The notes under the pieces: model-generated
What the model was told of the DNA's origin: nothing
The model's input: only the letters and a program-made list of their open reading frames with translations
Database searches by the model: none
Program-made: the position numbers and the translations under genes
Shown: in pieces, positions 62,355-64,000 of the stretch
Layout: each line of letters starts with the position of its first letter
Position numbering within the stretch: position 1 is the first letter of the stretch
Origin: Leptogorgia sarmentosa
Taxonomy: Eukaryota
Length of the DNA stretch: 64,000 bases
Direction: 5' to 3'
NCBI GenBank assembly: GCA_964658305.1
Contig: OZ210885.1
Coordinates: 6,138,001 to 6,202,000, forward strand

Positions 62355-63110
62355 TTTCCCAGTACAAACACAGTCTTGTCGTCATGTACAGTCATATAAT
62401 TCAAATCAAGAGCACGAAGGTCTGATGACCTTCCTGCTGAAGCAAGAACTAAAAGCATGCTTAGTTGATGGGTCAACTGTTTATCTGAAAGAGTGTTGTT
62501 TGCTCCAAGACTGCAGATATGATTTAAAACCATATCAACATCCCACATGACAACATATCTTGGTTGGGGTGGTTTAACATTAGAACAGGCATTCATCACT
62601 TTAGAAACTAATTCATGTTGGCCAACCTTGCATGCATCAATTGGTTTATGAAAAGCAGAAATGGCCGACCTGTGGTTGTTAATTGTGCGGTAGCATCTCC
62701 CTTTGTTGAGTAGCTCTGTAAGGTAATCAGCTACAGCGGCCACAGTGGAGCAAAATGGATCAATTTTCCGTTGGATACACCAGCTACTCCACTGTGACCA
62801 GGCGCTTTTGTAAGCACAATTGGTACCTTTGCGCCAGGCATGGGAGTTGAGTAACTCTGCAGTTTGTTCCGAAACTCCTGTTGCAAAGATACTTTCCCTG
62901 AAACCATCCAAGCCGCTAATGTGAGGCTCCCTTGTTGCACTAGTGGGTGTAGGTGATGTGAGGGAGACAATATTAGATCCTCCAGGGGAGGAAGCAAAAT
63001 TGGATGTCTGCATGACATCTCTAGAAGCATGGGATACCATACCTGTGTGGGCCATGTTGTAATGATCATGACCAATGTAGCTTGGTCCTTCCTGATTTTG
63101 GCCAGGTAAT
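62355..63110 (-). mobile_element. DIRS retroelement remnant: end of pol ORF overlapping YR N-half
   Basis: WPTQVWYPMLL...HPL...LAAWMVSG overlapping AWRKGT..AYKSAWSQW...TINNHRSAIS...VGQHELV...PRYVVMWDV...ASAGRSSDL. Confidence 0.88.
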
Positions 63111-63614
63111 GGCAAGTTAGTGAGAAGGGTGGGAAGCTGTACCCCTTCAGATCTCCCCACGAAATCTGAAAGGCATCGGTTCATTCGGTTGCCACATTCC
63201 AAGATCTGGGCTTATACGGATCGAAAGCTTTACGATAATGTAAGCCTAATTACGTGTTGTAAACTACAAACATTATATTCTGCGTTCTGAACTACTGTCC
63301 CACTGAGCGCTATATAAAAACTATTAGAGTTTCACCTATACTGCATGCTCAGATGGCTCATAGGCTATGTATATATACAATACGGTTGAAGTGAAAAACA
63401 GTCCTAATAGACCCAAACCTCAATAGTGAATAATAACAATTTTTTCAATCTTCACAGAATACTGGTATACAAACTAGATCAACCAAAGGGGAAACAGACC
63501 CAGTATTCAGGCCAACTTTTTGCTTGCTTATGTTGCTACCATAAATTTGATCTCTTCGCCAAATAATAAGTAAATTTTATACCCGTTTTTAATGCGCTAT
63601 ATAGGAAACAGCCC

Positions 63615-63860
63615 TTGAACTTGATATGGCAGCTGCAAAAAATTGGAGTGACAGCTACCAATTGCCAAAGATCGAATCTTTCGCTAAGGGTACAGGATGC
63701 AATCAGAAGGAAATATATGCCAGGGAAGATCAGAAATGAGTTTCTGAGATCCATCTGTTACAGCATCGGGCATTACACAATGCACCCGAAAAAAATGGAG
63801 AGGTTGGCAGTGGCGCGAAATATTATTGAAAAATATCCGTTTCTGGAAAATGGTGGGATT
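63615..63860 (+). pseudogene. SAMD3-like / EnSpm accessory-protein exon
   Basis: YTMHP...LAVARNIIEKYPFL followed by a GTAAGT donor. Confidence 0.45.
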
Positions 63861-64000
63861 GTAAGTATACCATAGATTAATATTTATTATTATACATTTA
63901 AAATTTATTCTCGTTCCTGATTGGTCAGAAATCACCGGCGAATTCTTAGTATTCAGTATTTATTACGTATTTTCCGCCGATGACGTCAACAGCGTCCATT

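Overview
AT-rich eukaryotic (metazoan; cnidarian-like by repeat content, which is inference) DNA made almost entirely of nested, mostly decayed mobile elements. I could not support any intact host gene, tRNA, rRNA or CRISPR array. Recognisable elements: Gypsy and BEL fragments and a solo LTR; three DIRS-type tyrosine-recombinase (YR) retroelement remnants; Polinton/Maverick debris (PolB piece, three packaging-ATPase pieces, a terminus, GRF-zinc-finger and RING genes); two piggyBacs; two ISL2EU/Harbinger-type elements; hAT and Kolobok remnants; several MITEs with clean TIRs/TSDs; a near-intact young Penelope element with an inverted pLTR; CR1-type and restriction-like-endonuclease LINE ends; and hammerhead-ribozyme motifs. 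The least explained part is the block at about 19.2-27.7 kb of intronless, virus-like ORFs. It holds a stand-alone staphylococcal-nuclease (thermonuclease) gene and an atypical non-DIRS YR, and a second divergent thermonuclease gene lies at 2.3-3.0 kb. This may be the relic of an undescribed YR-integrating virus-like element. All family calls come from motif recognition by eye; no searches were run.
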